A DNA stretch of 50,923 nt, filler included, from Sphacelaria rigidula (taxonomy: Eukaryota), in NCBI GenBank assembly GCA_964200075.2. It is 3 parts of 3 records of this genome, joined end to end, with 100 filler letters (N's around TTAATTAATTAA, not from the genome) between each part and the next. Parts side by side here need not be neighbours in the genome. Positions count along the whole stretch, not along the records: positions 1 to 16,917 come from CAXNAA020001219.1; positions 17,018 to 33,922 come from CAXNAA020001220.1; 1 more part is not named here. One strand, given 5' to 3'. Positions 12,501-23,926 of the stretch are shown here, piece by piece. The notes below the pieces were generated by a model. That model had not been told where the DNA came from. It searched no databases and saw only the letters and a list, made by a program, of their open reading frames with translations. Made by a program: the position numbers and the translations under genes. The number at the start of each line of letters is the position of its first letter. The stretch's first letter is position 1.

Positions 12501-14168
12501 AGATTACGGTGGGATGAAACAGACAAGAAGCGGCGGCGGCGTTACGGATGAAACAAGCTAGCCGCTGGAAAGAGAGAGAGTTGTTGTCAATCGGTCGTTT
12601 CCATATTTCAATTTCGGGATTTCATCCCGAAATTGCTAGCCTTCCACCAGGCCGCTCGATATTGCTTCCGCGACCTCTCGCCGACTGTCTTGTTAGCCAT
12701 CTGGGAACACTACTCCTACATTAGCGATAACCGTCGCATGCAATACCCGAGGGAACAGTAGTCGATGGAGGAATCGTAGACGCGGCAAAATCGGATAGAT
12801 AGTGCCAGCAAGCTACCCGAAAATTCTGGCTTTAACCAGACGTTAACCTGGTAGTGCGGCACGTCGTGTATTTTTTCAACGCTCGTCGCAGAACCCTTGC
12901 CGTAAACGCCGAGCGCGGCCGGCGCAGGATTTTGCTCGAAATTGCTCAAACGAGCTGAACAATGACGATGGCAACTGCCTGCAGAACATGCACACATTAG
13001 TCAACGTTCTCCACGTAACAATTTTCCATCCTGCCGGTAGATCGACATGGCGCGTGTGGAACTTAAGCTATCGACCACTCCGGCCCCATCGGGACCCACG
13101 GTGCAGTGCAGCGGTGGTGGTTTGGGTCGAAATGGCCGGCAGCCTGACCTCATTCAGCTGGAGTGTGGGTCGCCCCTCATGGTGCGTGCCAACCTCAGCC
13201 CGACGTTTCCACCACACGTGGGCATTTCTACTCTGACACCAGGTGTGGGTGTCCTAACAAAAATGAACGTCGCTAAAATTAAGGGTTCATGTTGTGCAAA
13301 GAAACTAATTACAAGGTCTACAATCAAGAGTATGCTTCCGTTTCTCAATGAAGTTCGGGATGTAGCGCGAAGTGGGTATTTGGCATTTTGCAGCAGGTAG
13401 ATTCATGAACCCTGCACTTACGATGGCGTTGTCGGTGTCTCGCTGAGATGGCGAACCCTCGCGCAGGTCAACTACTGGTTCAACTACGACACGGCGATAC
13501 CCAGAGGAGATTGGTTGGGAGTTGTTCCATGGGGAGTCGAGCCGACAGCCGACGCCTGCGTGCTGAAGAAACTCTTACCTGAAACCAACTGCGGACAGGT
13601 AGTCACGCGTGGTCGGGTGATGAATGGATTTGTTGACCATACTGCTTTTGCTTCCGTACGATGCGGAGATCACTGACGGGAACAGTACGCGGGCAGAATC
13701 CACCGTGTAAAGAAAAAAAGACAATGGCGAATATAACCGGCGTGTACCAACAAGCGTCAAGATAGAAGCAGCACGGTCAGTTAACCTGCACGTATTAAGA
13801 TGTAGCTGATGATATGATATTGCAATCCTGCCCCACACCAAAATTGACGGTGAAGCGTTCATGACACCCACTCCGTCCACTACCGACCTGCCCAACCACG
13901 TTTCCTGGTAAGCCCCGCGCAACGGTGTCTGCTGTCTCCCAGCAAGTTTTGCGCATCCACGCTCACATACGTGCATGTCTCGGACATCCCGCCACTATTC
14001 ATGCTGTGGATGAAACATCGGCTAGGTACGATTCGAGGAGGGCCCGTCCCTACCTGGCAAGTACGCAGTGCATGCGTTTCTCAAAGATTATGGAGACGCA
14101 GTGGCAGGATCCACAAATCTGTTCGAGTGTCTCATGAATTTTGATGGCAAGCGGTTAGGGCGCAGCAG
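9546..14168 (+). CDS. Multi-exon gene (partial, ~564 codons modelled), protein with two SKICH-like/Ig-like beta-sandwich repeats
   Basis: Phase-compatible exons 9546-9691 (GC donor), 10024-10288, 10422-10574, 11373-11500, 11646-12123, 12382-12489, 13041-13181, 13467-13598, 14026-14168. Motifs GETFTVHY...HPEKDWVGLF...PGVYLVKYF...AVAESQRFK and GSPLMVNY...RGDWLGVVP...GQVRF...PGKYAVHAF...VAGSTNLFE. Start and stop not found. Confidence 0.8.
10945..11085 (+). repeat. Dispersed repeat shared with 47505-47630 (intronic)
   Basis: GGCGTCGGTTG...ACGCTGTG(A/G)AACACGCCACTCACTGCGT...GGCAAC(C/T)AGGTTA...GTCGAGTT(C/G)GATCA in both places. Confidence 0.8.
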
Positions 14169-14292
14169 GTATGTTGCTACGATATCACAGCCGTTGAAGG
14201 GCCAGGCAAAGGGCGGTGTACTCATGGTTCTGCATGCCGAAGTCAAAAGACCGTCGACCTCGCAAGACAGACAAAGGGCGCGCGTGCCCGCC

Positions 14293-14367
14293 GGGGGGGA
14301 GGGGGTATTCATCTGTGCTTGCCTTAGTCGTTTGACGAATGACCACGCAGCCCTTTCGAGACGGAAC
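14293..14367 (-). repeat. Family A repeat, diverged copy
   Basis: Reverse complement of the family A consensus with a G-tract. Confidence 0.9.
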
Positions 14368-14559
14368 ATAGAGCAGGGGGAGGGCGAGGGCGACCGAGAC
14401 GTATCCCTGTGAGTGTTCTTGCACAAGAGGAGGGAGCTTTGCACCACAGAGTATTTGAAACGCAGTGAATCTAATCATAAACGAATAACAGGCCGCTAAA
14501 AGGTAGTATCGAGGCTTTCGTTTCAATTATGTTGTCGTCTGTGACGCCGCGCGAGCTTA

Positions 14560-16900
14560 CACGGCGGATATTTATTGCACGGGAAAGTCAGAATGGCGGA
14601 ATACTGATTGAATGAGTAGGGGTGGAGTGTCTATCGTCGACTAGCCGACGGTGGGGATCGGTTCGCGCCCCTCTAGTTCCTTGAATACAGGGTCTGCATG
14701 ATGTACAGTAGCGACAGGAGCTACTTGAGTACCTGTGAGCAATGCCCCTGCCAAGAGCTGTGTCGACCATATACTGGATGAGACGGAGAACACGTTGAGA
14801 GCCACAGCTGCCGGTGGACCGATGGAACTGCCTATTGAAGTATTTCAACTTGGATTGTTCGGCGAGCATTCGGAGATGCCATGGCACCCCCACGGCGCTG
14901 TCGTTGCTGTGTGGATGTGCGGTGAGGATTCTCGGGAGTAGAAGGACGCTCTCACCAAAGCGCCATACAAGGAGGATAAAACCGGGTGTGGTAACTCTAG
15001 GGACCTCTCTCTCTCTTGTGGCACATACTATTGAAGTGCTTATCAATTCCGTAGCCAACGGTCTCGAGGGCTTTTGCAAGGAGGCGGGGATTATCCCGAA
15101 AGAGTAATGCGGACGCCGATGTTCGACCCCTGACACCATGCCCGCCGTATGGCGACGGATGGGTGAGCAATCCCCCAGTGGGTATGTGCTTGATGGACTT
15201 ACAGAAGGCGTATAATTTCGTCTACCGCACGCTCTGGTTCGAAGTGCTTGCCCACTGAGGGACCTCACCGCGGATGATAACGGTCACTGACATGAGAGCT
15301 TGGGGTTCAGCTGGATGACGGTGATCTATCGAAGTGGTTCAACGTCTAGAATGACCTCGGGCTGGGATGCGTTTTGTTCCCGCTACTTTCCAACATCTTT
15401 TTTGCAGCGGTGATTGACGTGGTTTTTTTTTAACTTATTCGCGACAGATGATGTGCTTAAAAATGACGACCGAGAACACCAAAATAGGTCGTCGCTGGAG
15501 AGGGCGGAACGCACGGGTTGAGGAGAACGGGGGCCTATTGGTGGATTGTGTAACCATGCGCGCTCGTGAGGATGATTGCCGTGGTGGTTGTGACATGCCA
15601 GGAGCTAGGGCTTGCAGTCCTAGAGACGAAAACAGGGACAAAACATTTGCGTTCAGTAACCAGCTCTACAGGAGCTACGCTGAAAATCGCTGCGCGGCAG
15701 GTCAGCAGTACTGACAGATGACCGACTTGTATATCTTGGGGGTACTATAAGTGAAAACGCAGATCTTTCCATTACTCTTACGCGCTGCATCAGTCCTACA
15801 TGGGCAAGGCTTAGAACTCCTCAACTCTACGATCTACCCAATGCCCACCTGTCGCTCAAAATCTGGCTATTTGAGGCGGACAGGTAAGCGGTATTATACG
15901 GGTGTGCCACGCGAACTCTGCACCCACAGCTTTTCGAGGATCTGGGCACTATTCACCAGAAGTTCCTACTGTGAATAGTTGATCTCAGGAAGAGTTGTAC
16001 TTGGCACAGGACCCCTTTTTTTCAAGGCTGCATTCGGAATAACTAAATTCGAACCTATCGAGAGGACCATGCGCAAGCACCAACTCTGGCCGGTAGAATG
16101 ACACGCCTCCTAGAGCGCAGCATGTTCTGACGGGTATCTACACAAGGAAACCGGACTTCCTCCAAAGCACTGAGGACACCTCTTGAAGGAGCTCGTGCGC
16201 GCTCCCGGGTCTATTTCGTGTGAGGGAGAACGTGGGGGATGGCTCGTTTGCAATGCTGAGGTCAAAACCCCAAAGGATCACGTCGCCGCCACTGATAATG
16301 CGTGTCAACGGCACCGGGGGATCGAGAAGGGGGCGGGGGAGTTCGACAAAGCATGGCGACGCGGGGATCTCCGCCGATTCGACCTCCGTCACAAGCAAGA
16401 GGAAGCTGCGCGGCGAGCTACCGAACGGAGGGCGGCTACCGCTGGCAGCGATAGCCCGCGAGAAAAGCGAACATAAACAGCCAAGAGAGTGGCTCGCTTT
16501 GTCCCTGACTAGCGATCAGGGAAAGTAGGATGTGCGGACATTGATACTCGTTTCCTGTCTCGCCCTGTCCTGTTAGTTGTTGCCCTTTCCTCTCTGACTT
16601 GTATCTCTGGTTCTGCTTTTTTTGTTTTTTTCTCGCTTGTTTGTTTCTTTTATATTCTTCTGCATTCCCTCTTATGCGTTGCACAAGTGCTTTTCCTCAT
16701 TTACTCAGATTCAGTGTTTTTTTCCCCATCGTCTCATTGTTTTTTACTTTATTTGCTTTGTACTTTCCTCTTCTTTTCCTTTTTCCTTGTTTTAGGTCGG
16801 CCATTTCTTTCTGTACTTTGCTTGTGTTGACTTTTTAATTACTTATTTTTTTTGTCACCACTTAGTCTGCTATGTCGTTCTGTTCGACCCCTCTTTTTTT
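14560..16900 (+). mobile_element. Decayed, 5'-truncated RTE-clade LINE (reverse transcriptase remnant plus 3' UTR)
   Basis: Frameshifted RT motifs: GPMELPIEVFQLGL, SLVAHTIEVLINSVANGLEGFCKEAGIIPKE*CG, VQLDDGDLSKWFNV..LGLGCVLFPLLSNIFFAAVIDVV, VYLGG, LYGCAT, IERTMRKHQLW, HRGIEKGAGEFDKAWRRGDLR. T-rich 3' UTR runs to the scaffold end. Confidence 0.9.
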
Positions 16901-16917
16901 TTCTTTCTGTTTTTTTT

Positions 16918-17017
16918 NNNNNNNNNNNNNNNNNNNNNNNNNNNNNNNNNNNNNNNNNNNNTTAATTAATTAANNNNNNNNNNNNNNNNNNNNNNNNNNN
17001 NNNNNNNNNNNNNNNNN
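16918..17017. other. Artificial scaffold linker (N44-TTAATTAATTAA-N44)
   Basis: Exactly 100 nt; the central 12-mer puts stops in all six frames; identical to the linker at 33923-34022. Confidence 0.97.
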
Positions 17018-17237
17018 CGAAAGATGTAGACTGGTGCCCAGAATAAATGGGACGACAACACAACACACACACCTCTGGTAATGCCCGAATATCAGCTGGT
17101 ATACCCTAGAGAACAAAACCAACAACGTTTTCGTGAGATTGAGAGTACGAGAGCGCTGATTGAGAGTGGTTTTGATCATTCGCCCTGACTTGGCCAATTT
17201 TTTTCAGTGTGTGCTTTTCTATGCCTCCATCATCGGC

Positions 17238-17318
17238 GTGTGCTTATAGCTACACGTCGATATCCTACTCTGGGATATCAAGGACCTTAGTGGCGAGCTT
17301 CTACAGAAAGCATATCTG
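17238..17318 (+). repeat. Dispersed repeat shared with 47178-47256
   Basis: TGTGCT...TACACGTCGATATCCTACTC(T/A)GGGAT...AGTGGC(G/A)AGCT(T/C)CTACAGAA in both places. Confidence 0.8.
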
Positions 17319-17743
17319 GCCTCGCGGAGGAGCATTTCGTTACCGAAACGATTCATTTATTTACTTTTTGACCGTTTTTCACTCTAAATCGTATCCTCTA
17401 CTCTCAATCTCACGAAAACTTTGTTGTCCTTGGAATTTTGTGCATGCAAGATTGCACGGGTGATGGATCATCTTTTGGATCTGTACCCCATACCCCACAC
17501 CAGAGGAGACGACAACGGGACGTTGTGTCTACAGTACAGTATCTATCCGCTAGCTACGAAATGAACTGATCAGCTACTACTCTCACAGGCCATGTTGATG
17601 TATATGTATCTAATGTATTGAAGGTATCTGTGTAATACAGAACGCGACAGATAGATGTAAAGAATCAAAGAATTCCCCTATTTGGGGCGCGACTCTCGCG
17701 TCCTACTTCTCTCCGATTCCAGCAGAATTTTGAAAAGTAAATT

Positions 17744-18113
17744 CGAGCCGGTCGCCCCGGTGGCTCAGTTGGTGGCCTTGGAACCTCCTGACGGTTGGGT
17801 CGTGGGTTCGAATCTCCCGGCGATCTGGGATTTCTCTCACACAGTGCCCAACTGTGGAGAGCGATCATGTCGAGGGTATACGACATTCGACTCAACCGTC
17901 GACGAGAGGAAGTGAGTAATGGACGCCTCTCACGATCAAACATGAAAAGCAATCACCGCCGAAGAACGGTGTACAACGAGAACAATCAAAAAAGGAAATT
18001 CTACTGTTGTGTTGGCCTTCCTCCTACGTGACCGCGACTGGTGCGCCCACATATACCAAAAGGTGTAGACCGCCGTCCAGAAGAAATGCAACGACACCAC
18101 ACAGCACACAATA
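17744..18113 (+). mobile_element. tRNA-derived SINE family 1, full-length copy
   Basis: Pol III A box TGGCTCAGTTGG and B box GGTTCGAATC with no pairing acceptor stem; central block GTGGAGAGCGA...GTCGACGAG; shared 3' tail ending in AC-rich repeats. Confidence 0.8.
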
Positions 18114-18504
18114 TACACAAACCCTTGTCCGAAGAGGTAAAAACATCAAGTTGTTGAAAATAAAATTCTCATTTTGCAAGTGCCTTCAATACGATGTATC
18201 ATCTTGTCAAAAGCGCGCAAGCGAAGGTACTCCGATCACATTCTCCTCTGCTGCAATAGTGTGCAGGTCAGCGTGTGCGCGTATGCCCTAGCGTAGATTT
18301 TGGGCCTAAACCACGCGCAGTGCAGAATTTTTCAAGGGCGACCTGCGGCTCGTCACGAAGAACAAAAATGGGCCGCATACTTTCCGCCGTAAAGAGAAAC
18401 ACATTGGGGCTGTTCGTTACATGCATTGTTGTAGTGCTCTGCCCGGCAGGCATCAGGCAGGGAAGCATTTGAACGTTTGTATAACGAAAAACGATCATTT
18501 GAAC

Positions 18505-18780
18505 CCATACAGTAACCCCAACAGTGGAGAGCGACTATGTCGTGGGTACGCAAAATTCGACTTGACGATCGACGAGGGGAAGGGGGTGCTGAACCCCCCT
18601 CGCGATAAAAAACAAAAGGCAAGCACCGCAGAAGGAAGGTGGGAGTACTAGAAACAAACAAAAAATAATGAACTCCTTTGTTGACCTCCCTCTTGTTTGT
18701 GTGACCCCGGCTCGTGCGCCCACATATACCGAAAGGTGTAGACCGACATCCAGGATGATGGAACGACAACACACACAGTA
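18505..18780 (+). mobile_element. SINE family 1, headless copy
   Basis: Central block and 3' tail align with 17840-18113. Confidence 0.75.
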
Positions 18781-19074
18781 TTTTGATCAGTTGTTTTCGG
18801 CGTTCCTTGACGGGAAAGTCCATGTGTTTCATCGTAGACAACATGATGATACTGTACAAAACTCGAATCAGACGGCTAAACATGAAGTATTCCTACGACG
18901 CACATTTTGATCTATTTTGGCCCATATTGGCGAAAAAAACACGTGTTTCGCTCCGTCGGCCCCTATGCGGGGGGCTTTCTCCGGGTGCGGCGGAGGGGAG
19001 TGCATATCGCCTGCGGCTCCCGGGTGAGCCATCTCATACGGTGACTAGGAATTTCCTTCAGCCGTGCTGCAGTT

Positions 19075-19313
19075 GACGCTTTCCACGATAGCCCAAGACT
19101 GTCACAAAGAGGATGATCATACGTCGCCTGATGTTCGGTTTCAGGCTGCATGAAGCACCTCATATGGGCGACGTTGGCGAAGACGAAGGGAAGCGCGGGA
19201 ATTCCCAGCTACTCGTTGTGCTAGACTTTTCTCACTTCAATTTACGTCCAGATTTTGCCTCCCCGAACCAGCCACTATTTAGGGGGGGGGGGAGAGCTAT
19301 CGTAAAAAGCGTC
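19075..19313 (+). mobile_element. MITE family 1 copy
   Basis: TIR GACGCTTTCCACGATAGC / GCTATCGTAAAAAGCGTC; flanks AGTT / AGGT (near 4-bp TSD). Confidence 0.88.
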
Positions 19314-20078
19314 AGGTACTCCACCAGCAAGCAATACATGAAGCTTTCGCCAAAACATCAGAGCAAAATCTGACCTCATTTCACCCCGTTGCGCGCTGCT
19401 GCAACGCGCAACACCAAGTTGAGCCGACATGGGCTTGTTGACTGTGGTTCACATGACATGTGGCCGAAGTTTCGGTTCGTTGCGCCGACAGCTCGCGTAC
19501 GGCCGTGCCTCCCGAACTGGACACCGCTACAGGCGATATGGAAATGAGTTACGGTAGGTTGCCAGTATCCACAGGGTTTCCCAGAAGGGATCGATGTTGG
19601 TCATCGGTGTAGAGTAGAGGCAGCTTGGTCGGGGGCCTGATGTGGCCTTGGAAGTTTTCTCCATCCGTGCGTGTTTACGGATCGAGTTTTATTACAGTAA
19701 CTACTTATAGGGTGAAAATTCCTTCGAGGACGTTTTTCCATACCAAAGCTGGAACCGATGCGGAGATTTGCCGAGTTAGCCCGCTTCTTATGGTCCCAAA
19801 AAGTACATGTCTCGAAAAATTGCTAATTTGACCCTTTGAGCGAAGTCGTTAGCCCGAAGAAAGAGCTAGGCGGATCCTGCCCCCTAGGAATGATGAGGTC
19901 TACTGTTCCAGGGGATGCCGAAACTCTTGTGCGTTTCTCGGCGCAAGGAGTCTGATCTCGGGTCGGCTTGAGGATATTCCGCGCTGATTCTCAACAAACA
20001 CCGTCTGCGCGGAAACGTAGAAAAAGAAACGACGTTTTCTGAGCGTTGGCCGTATGTCCGAGAAATTGCAAAAGTCTG

Positions 20079-20130
<52 letters not shown>
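20079..20130. repeat. (CAA)n microsatellite
   Basis: About 17 perfect units. Confidence 0.97.
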
Positions 20131-20336
20131 AAGGTCACCAAAAAACGCGAAGATGCCCTGGAAATGCTTTGAAAAAGTACAGTAAGTCGTTCTGAGGTGT
20201 CAATTTTCGCCCTCAGTAGCTCTCATTTCCAGTAGTGTTTTATACCAGCGTTGGGCTGAAATATGTTCATGTTTGATATTACTTGATTCGAGTGCGAACA
20301 ACAAGAGTCGCATCTCTAGTACAGCAGAGCTGACAG

Positions 20337-20525
20337 GTCCCGCGTGCTCCTTGCGTGCGCAGAACGCGTTTTCGTTGAAACAGGCCCCGATTTGGGGTCT
20401 ACCAAGGCTGCACTTTGCCTAGGGAACACCATGGACCTCTCTTGCCCGAGGGTTCTCGGTATGCTTTGGGGTCAAGGTTAGCGGTAGCGATACTTTCAAA
20501 GTGTGTCAACCACCGCCCATGGTTT
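20337..20525 (+). repeat. Dispersed repeat with telomere-like GGTTAG core, shared with 36050-36255
   Basis: GTCCCGC(G/A)TGCTC...GCGTGCGCAGAACG...CACTTTGCCT(A/G)GGGAAC...GGTTCTCGGTATGC...GGTTAG in both places. Confidence 0.82.
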
Positions 20526-20613
20526 CAGGCGTATAGCACCGCAGAAGGGTGAAAAAAATAAACAGCTTCCCCGATATACATTTTTTCGGACGATCAGAAG
20601 CGGCTTTAGGCCA

Positions 20614-21075
20614 ACTCTAATGGGAGCCGTTCAAAATTCCTGGTTAAAACTGCCTCTTGGGCCCTTCTCCATCGATTTACGCCCGAAAAGACGGCTAGGC
20701 GGATGTTGACGCCTTGGAATGGCTTGCTGTACGCGTTGAGGCCGTTCTAGGGCAACTTTGCATTTCCCGCCGGCCGCACTTTTGTTTCTGACCAAATGAG
20801 GCCAAACACGGATTTTCAGTAAAAAACGGTCAGGTGATCAAAATTTCCCGCTGTTTTTCGATTGCTTGACCGTTTTTTGTTGAAAACCCGCGTTCGGCCA
20901 AAGATGAAAGTGCGGCCAGCTGGAAATGCAAAGTTGCCCTGAAACGGCCTCAATGAGTAGAGCAAGAAATTTCAAGGCGTCAACATCCGCCTAGCCCTCT
21001 TTTCAGGCGCAAAATGACGAAGGAGGGCGAAAAAGGCAGTTTTAACCAGGAATTTTGAACGGCTCCCATTAGAGT
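20614..21075. repeat. 462-bp imperfect palindrome (foldback)
   Basis: Arms 20614-20843 and 20855-21075 are reverse complements (outer 42 bp identical), with a loop of about 11 nt. Confidence 0.95.
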
Positions 21076-22130
21076 CGATCTCAGTGCGTGCCGTAAGACT
21101 TTTTTTTTCCGGTCGAAAACGTGCGGTCGAATTTGTTTTTGCCAATCTGATAGGCCCATCGCACTTATATATCTAGAAGGCTTCAACTAGAATTATAATT
21201 AGTGGGGCGCGGAGAAACAACTATTTTAGACAGAAAATAATCATTTTCGATTGAAAACATGCGGTCGAAAGGCATGAAGCGGCACTTGACTCTTATCTTA
21301 CAGACCACCGCTCCAGATAACAAGTGTTTACAGGACCCTGCAAACTTCATCCAACTCATCCTCAGGTACCACCGCAACCCTGCAGCATAGAGCACGAGTT
21401 GAGCCCAGGGAGGGATACACTGCAGTAGTTGGGTATGCTTTGTTGATATTTTGTTGGCGCAAACGTGCGCATATGTTTTCATGGTAGAGGTCAGCGACAA
21501 AACTGCGTGGTACGGTGGGCAACCGAGTTGCGTGCACGGTCACGGACAATGTAGGCAGTACAAAGCTGCACGTTGCTGATGTCCTCTTCACGTCGCATTA
21601 TAACCAGAAATGACTGATAGTCCTAGGCTGTCTGCATTGCACATTGCCCGTTTCTCTTTTATGTCCTCCTTCACGAAACACGCACACACGCACTCAAGAC
21701 ACTGCTTGCAAGCAGTGCAGACAGTACAAACTATCTGTACTGTACACAAGTGACCATGTACCGTTTCACGAATTTCACGGTATTTTTTCGATCGAAAGCT
21801 TGAAAATTCCCTTGGACCTAACTCGAGAAAAATGAGCGAACTTCGCGCAAATCGATTCCATCGCCCCATTTTTTCGATCGAAAAAAACGTTCCAAGACAC
21901 GCCCTTGGACCATTTCTCACGATTTTTTTATTTTATTTTCATGGATTTATTAGTTATGGTGCACTTATACCCAATTTGGGGTCCCTTAACGGAAAATGTC
22001 GTCATCAGATGTCTTGGACACTTTGCATCACCCCGACGAGAAGAGTCAAGCCCACTATTGCGATTCGCTCGGCTCCGAGGTTTCGAGAATGGTCTCTGAG
22101 AGAGTATCTTAGGGTGTGTCTTAGCGCAGT

Positions 22131-22400
22131 ATTTTTCGAACGAAAATGTGCGGTGGGAACGGAAAATTCCAATCTGAAAAGTCGTGACTTCAACCATCGT
22201 GGCTTATTTTGAAGATGGTTGAAATCACGTTTTATCCGATCGGAATATTTGTTTTCCACCATCGAAAAAGTGCGGGGAAAAACAAATATTCTCATCTGAT
22301 AGGCCGTCATTTCCCATTGTCAACACAAACTACGATGGTTGAAATCTCGACCTATCATGTCGGAGCTTTCCTTTTCCACCGCACATTTTGGATCGAAATA
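22131..22400. repeat. Four ~60-bp units in alternating orientation (A-A'-A-A')
   Basis: GTGCGG(T/G)G...ATCTGA...CCAT(C/T)GT alternates with its reverse complement GATGGTTGAAATC...TCGGA...TTTTCCACC. Confidence 0.8.
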
Positions 22401-23181
22401 TCATGTGCTGAAGAAGACACGCCCCTTAACAAAAACCTGCTGCACATGAAATAATGTGAGCACGACGTCGATAAATGAGAAAAAAAAAAAAACACGACAC
22501 ATGGGTGCAGACACCGCATTTTTTTCGAATCCAGCTGGATTTTTGTCCGAACGTCGTTTTCGAAAACTCGGAGCCCAGCGAATCAGAAAAGTGGGCTAAA
22601 GCCCTGTCGATGGGGTCGTACAAAGTGTCCAAAAAGTGAAGTGTGATGACGACATGCCTTGGTTGGGGACCAAAAACTGGTTCAGATGTCCCCAAACTAA
22701 AAAACCCTACAACAATAACAGCAAAACTCGGCTTCCGGTATCCTGGTTTGTTTTGTTCTGTTTTTTTTAAGCGAAAGTGATGGCGATTCATCAGATGATG
22801 AAACCCCTTCACCGCCAGGTCAGGTTCTCCTATGAATCGCGATCACTTTCACTTGAAAAAACAGTACCCAACTCAGAGCTAGCGAATAAACCACGATACC
22901 GGGAACCGAGTATGAGATACCTCTATTATTTTGGCCGTGTTATTTCGGGACGAAAAAAAATGACTCGCGAAAGAAACCTTTCGAAAGGAGCATGGTAATT
23001 TGTCGCCGCGACCCCCTCCCCTCCCTCGACATACACACAAAGGAATGCACAGAGCGGCGGGCTTTTTTGCGCTTGCCAACCTGTTTTCCAGAAACTGTTC
23101 ATGGATCATCAAAATGAGGGCATTTTAGCGAACATCCCAAAACAGTTGTTGCGAAGTACACAAAGCTGAAACGTCATCGTA

Positions 23182-23216
23182 CAACCCTGACCCTAGCCCT
23201 AGCCCTAACCTCAACC
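23182..23216 (-). repeat. Degenerate interstitial telomere-like (CCCTAA)n
   Basis: AACCCTGACCCTAGCCCTAGCCCTAACCTCAACC. Confidence 0.6.
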
Positions 23217-23926
23217 GCGTATGGCGTGATGACATTTTGGGCAGGTCTCGGCGCCAATAGCGTGCACGTATCTTGAGTTCAACAATGTACCTCCTGGACA
23301 CTGGATCATCGTAGGCCTCGCATTATCGAGACAGGAAATACTACGGTGGACTGAAATTCTGTGTGAGAGAGAATGAGACTGGCGGTGTTACGTATTTCAT
23401 ATTTCTGATCGATCGAGGGCGGAAGCCCTGCTGTCATCGCCCTCGAAATCATTCCGATGGAAATATTCATCTTTTCCATAAGTTTTTGTGAGGACGGGGA
23501 AACATTTTTGATGAAATTGAGTAAGGGAACGTGAAATAGTTGGCACGCGTGGGCTGTTGGGCTCATGATCACTCACAGGACCCTACACCCGAGGTGCGGG
23601 GGAGAAAAAAGAGACGCCCACAACTACATCTCCCAGCACTTCTACGAGGGAGCAAACATGGACCGACATATCAGGGGGTAGTACGGGCAGGGACTATCGG
23701 CATGGCGGCAATCACGCGCAAGGTGTAACGGCACCAACTGATTCAGCCCCACCCCCTTCCGCGTTAGACAGTAGGGAGAAAACAATGGCTATACTAGGAG
23801 ATAGATGGTGGCCAAAGACGGCGAATCAGGACGGGGATGAAATATGTAAAATGTTTTTGTGTCACGTATGGAAGAAACGTAATGAGCGCCGGAATGTTGG
23901 AGTTGTCTCTAGTAGGAGTAGAAACG

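Noticed and set aside
16962-16973. TTAATTAATTAA as a biological motif
   Set aside because: It is centred in N runs and repeated exactly at 33967-33978; it is an assembly spacer.
17751-17825. Functional tRNA gene
   Set aside because: A and B boxes are present, but the acceptor and D stems do not pair and the sequence continues into a repeated SINE body.
19884-20141. Poly-Cys and poly-Leu ORFs (also poly-Thr/Tyr/Val ORFs at 28495-29123)
   Set aside because: They are translations of (CAA)n and (CTA)n microsatellites.
23445-23575. IS66-like transposase motif (SDG...VGCWAH)
   Set aside because: Multiple stops, wrong spacing and no following RR/KF motif; probably chance.
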